A DNA stretch of 64,000 bases from an uncultured Actinomycetes bacterium (GTDB lineage Bacteria > Actinomycetota > Thermoleophilia > RBG-16-64-13), in assembly GCA_963706025.1 (NCBI GenBank), contig CAVPLM010000003.1, forward strand, positions 320,001 through 384,000. The letters run 5' to 3'. Of this stretch, positions 61,898 to 64,000 are shown one piece after another. Under the pieces are notes generated by a model. It saw only the letters and a program-made list of their open reading frames with translations, was not told the origin of the DNA and searched no databases. Numbering within the stretch: the first letter of the stretch is position 1; each line of letters starts with the position of its first letter. The position numbers were made by a program, and so were the translations under genes.

Positions 61898-64000
61898 CTA
61901 GAAACTGGTGACGGGCGGCCCGGTAGGCGGCGGGGAAGTAGTGGGCGGCGCCGTGGTATCCGTGGTCGGTTCGGTGGTCGTGTCGGTGGTGGGAATGGTT
62001 GTGGTCGTGGTGCTGCTGGTGGTGGTGGTGCTGGACGTGGGGGCGACCGCGTATTCGCTCCGGAAGAAGGGATTGTACTCGACCAAGACCTCGGGTTCCG
62101 CAAACTCCTCCTCGGAGTAGTCGCGGTCGGCGTCGTACATGAACTTGCGCCACATCTCGGCCGGGAAACTGCCCCCGGTGACTTTGATGCCGTGGACATC
62201 GTCCATAGAGACCTGACCCTCGGGGTGGCCCATCCACACCGCCGTGGACAGGTTCGGCGTATAGCCACAGAACCAGGCGTCATACCACTCCTGGCCGGTC
62301 CCGGTCTTGCCGGCGCATGGCCTGTCGATGTCGGCTTTCTTGCCGGTGCCGTGCCAGATGTTTTGCTGCAGGAGACGGGTGACCTCATAAGCGACGCCGC
62401 CGGCGATCGCTTGGGTGCGTTTGGGTTCCGCCTCCCAGATCACGTTCCCTTGTGCGTCCCTGACCCTAAGTATGATGGTGGGCTCGATATGCTCCCCGCC
62501 ATTGGCCAGAGTGGCATAGGCCGAGGCCATCTCGAGCGGAGACACCCCTACGGTCAGACCGCCAAGAGCTATCGCCGGATCGGCGTTCAGGGGAGAGGTG
62601 ATGCCCATGCGATGGGCCACGTTGACGATCTGTTCGGCTCCCACATCGAGAGCCATCTGCGCATAGACCGTGTTGTCGCTGCGGAGCGTGGCTTCGGCTA
62701 CGGTCGAGGTGCCGTAGTAGCTGTTGCCGTAGGTTTTGACGTCCCAGGGCTCAGGCGCCCCGGGGTAGTCGAGGACCACCGGCATCGATTCGTAGTAGGT
62801 GTCGTACGGGCTGATCCCCATCTCGATAGCGGCGGTGAGAACGAACGTCTTGAACGCTGAACCCGGCTGCCGACGCCCCTGGGAGGCTAGGTTGAACTTG
62901 GAGCTATCGTAGTCGCTCCCCCCTACCATGGCGCGGATGAAGCCGGTCTTGGTCTCGATGCTCACCAGCGCGGCCGAGGGGTCGTCTTCTTTGTCGAGAG
63001 TGGTGGAGATAGCCTCCATCGCCAGCTTCTGGTAGGCGGGATTGATACTGGTCTCCACCCGTAACCCGCCTTCAAAGACTGTTTCCTCCCCGAACATGCC
63101 GATGAGCAGCTTGCGAACGTACGCCACCACGTATGGCTCCTGCACCTGGGTGTAGGGCGAGTAGGGGGCCAACTCAAGCGGTTCGCGTAGGGCCTGGCGA
63201 GCCTCGTCCAAGGTGACGAAGCCCTGGTCATGCATCTTGAGAAGGATCAGGTTGCGGCGCCTGAGGGCGTCCTCGGGATGCTTGCGGGGCGAGTACGCGC
63301 TGGGCGCCTGGGGAAGTCCGGCCAGGAGAGCGCTCTCTGCAATGGTGAGGTCAATGGGGTCTTTGTCGAAGTAGGTGCGCGCGGCTGCCTCCACCCCATA
63401 GGCGTTCGAGCCGAAGTACACCGTGTTCAGGTACATCTCCAGGATCTCGTCCTTGGAGTACTTCTTCTCCATCTGCCAGGCCAGCGCCATCTCGTTGAAC
63501 TTGCGAGAGAAAGTGATATCCGTGCGATCGAGGTAGAGGTTGCCGACGAGCTGCATGGTGATCGTAGAGAAGCCCTCGCTCACCCCCCTGGCTTGGACGT
63601 TGGTGACCAGGGCGCGCATGAACCCCTCGAGGTCCACGCCGGAATGTTCATAGAAACGCTCGTCCTCGACGGCGACGAGGGCGTGCTTCAGGGAGTCGGG
63701 CATTGCCTTGCCGCTGATGACGGTGCGGTTCTCTACGCCGTGTAGATAGGCAAGGAGAGTTCCATCCGCGGCGTAGAGCGCCGTGGTCTCGGCCAGCGCG
63801 ACCGAATTCTGGGCCTCCAGCGAAGGTAGGTCCTTCTCGATGGCGGCCACTGTGCGCAGGCCCGCGCTAAAGACCCCGGCGAGCACGATCGCTGCGATCA
63901 AGGGTATGACGACGAGCACGGCGATCAGGACGATGACGCGCTGTCGCCTAGCTGCGTGGGCGCGTCGCTGTCGCGCGCTCCGTCTCTCTCTACCGACTCT
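61898..64000 (-). CDS. Class A penicillin-binding protein (PBP1A), 5'-partial
   Basis: EDERF, STITMQL, RKFNE, SAFK (SxxK), SDN, KTG; Thr/Pro tail; frame open to window end. Confidence 0.93.
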   Translation of the reverse strand, partial: RVGRERRSARQRRAHAARRQRVIVLIAVLVVIPLIAAIVLAGVFSAGLRTVAAIEKDLPSLEAQNSVALAETTALYAADGTLLAYLHGVENRTVISGKAMPDSLKHALVAVEDERFYEHSGVDLEGFMRALVTNVQARGVSEGFSTITMQLVGNLYLDRTDITFSRKFNEMALAWQMEKKYSKDEILEMYLNTVYFGSNAYGVEAAARTYFDKDPIDLTIAESALLAGLPQAPSAYSPRKHPEDALRRRNLILLKMHDQGFVTLDEARQALREPLELAPYSPYTQVQEPYVVAYVRKLLIGMFGEETVFEGGLRVETSINPAYQKLAMEAISTTLDKEDDPSAALVSIETKTGFIRAMVGGSDYDSSKFNLASQGRRQPGSAFKTFVLTAAIEMGISPYDTYYESMPVVLDYPGAPEPWDVKTYGNSYYGTSTVAEATLRSDNTVYAQMALDVGAEQIVNVAHRMGITSPLNADPAIALGGLTVGVSPLEMASAYATLANGGEHIEPTIILRVRDAQGNVIWEAEPKRTQAIAGGVAYEVTRLLQQNIWHGTGKKADIDRPCAGKTGTGQEWYDAWFCGYTPNLSTAVWMGHPEGQVSMDDVHGIKVTGGSFPAEMWRKFMYDADRDYSEEEFAEPEVLVEYNPFFRSEYAVAPTSSTTTTSSTTTTTIPTTDTTTEPTTDTTAPPTTSPPPTGPPVTSF

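Overview
High-GC bacterial chromosomal window. The ino1-pgsA-PimA-like operon together with many anaerobic Mo/W, Fe-S and cobalamin enzymes suggests an anaerobic Actinomycetota member, possibly Thermoleophilia-like (inference). The left ~40 kb is an accessory, aromatic-catabolism-like region. Its centre is a divergent IclR-linked island (2.4-17.3 kb). The minus arm encodes a HAD hydrolase, a split PEP-synthase-like pair resembling phenylphosphate synthase A/B, and an ADP-forming acyl-CoA synthetase. The plus arm encodes an aryl-CoA ligase, a CoxM-like flavoprotein, a truncated CoxS fused to an acetylene-hydratase-family Mo/W-bisPGD enzyme, a second HAD paralog, an unknown protein and a UbiD protein resembling phenylphosphate carboxylase beta. 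Further right are Tat-lipoprotein solute-binding proteins, an aryl-alcohol dehydrogenase abutting an IS982-like element, a cyclase pair, an Sqr-DUF1641-TusE-DsrE sulfur module, and a TetR/AOR-MoaD-decarboxylase-reductive dehalogenase unit. The right ~24 kb holds SLH surface proteins, a 64-bp palindromic tandem repeat, a phosphatidylinositol(-mannoside) operon and housekeeping genes (rlmD, clpB, PBP1A). Many genes at 7-25 kb and 32-36 kb have single-base frameshifts that look like long-read consensus errors, so their boundaries were reconstructed by eye. All family calls come from motif recognition and recall, not database searches. No rRNA, tRNA or CRISPR array was recognised.
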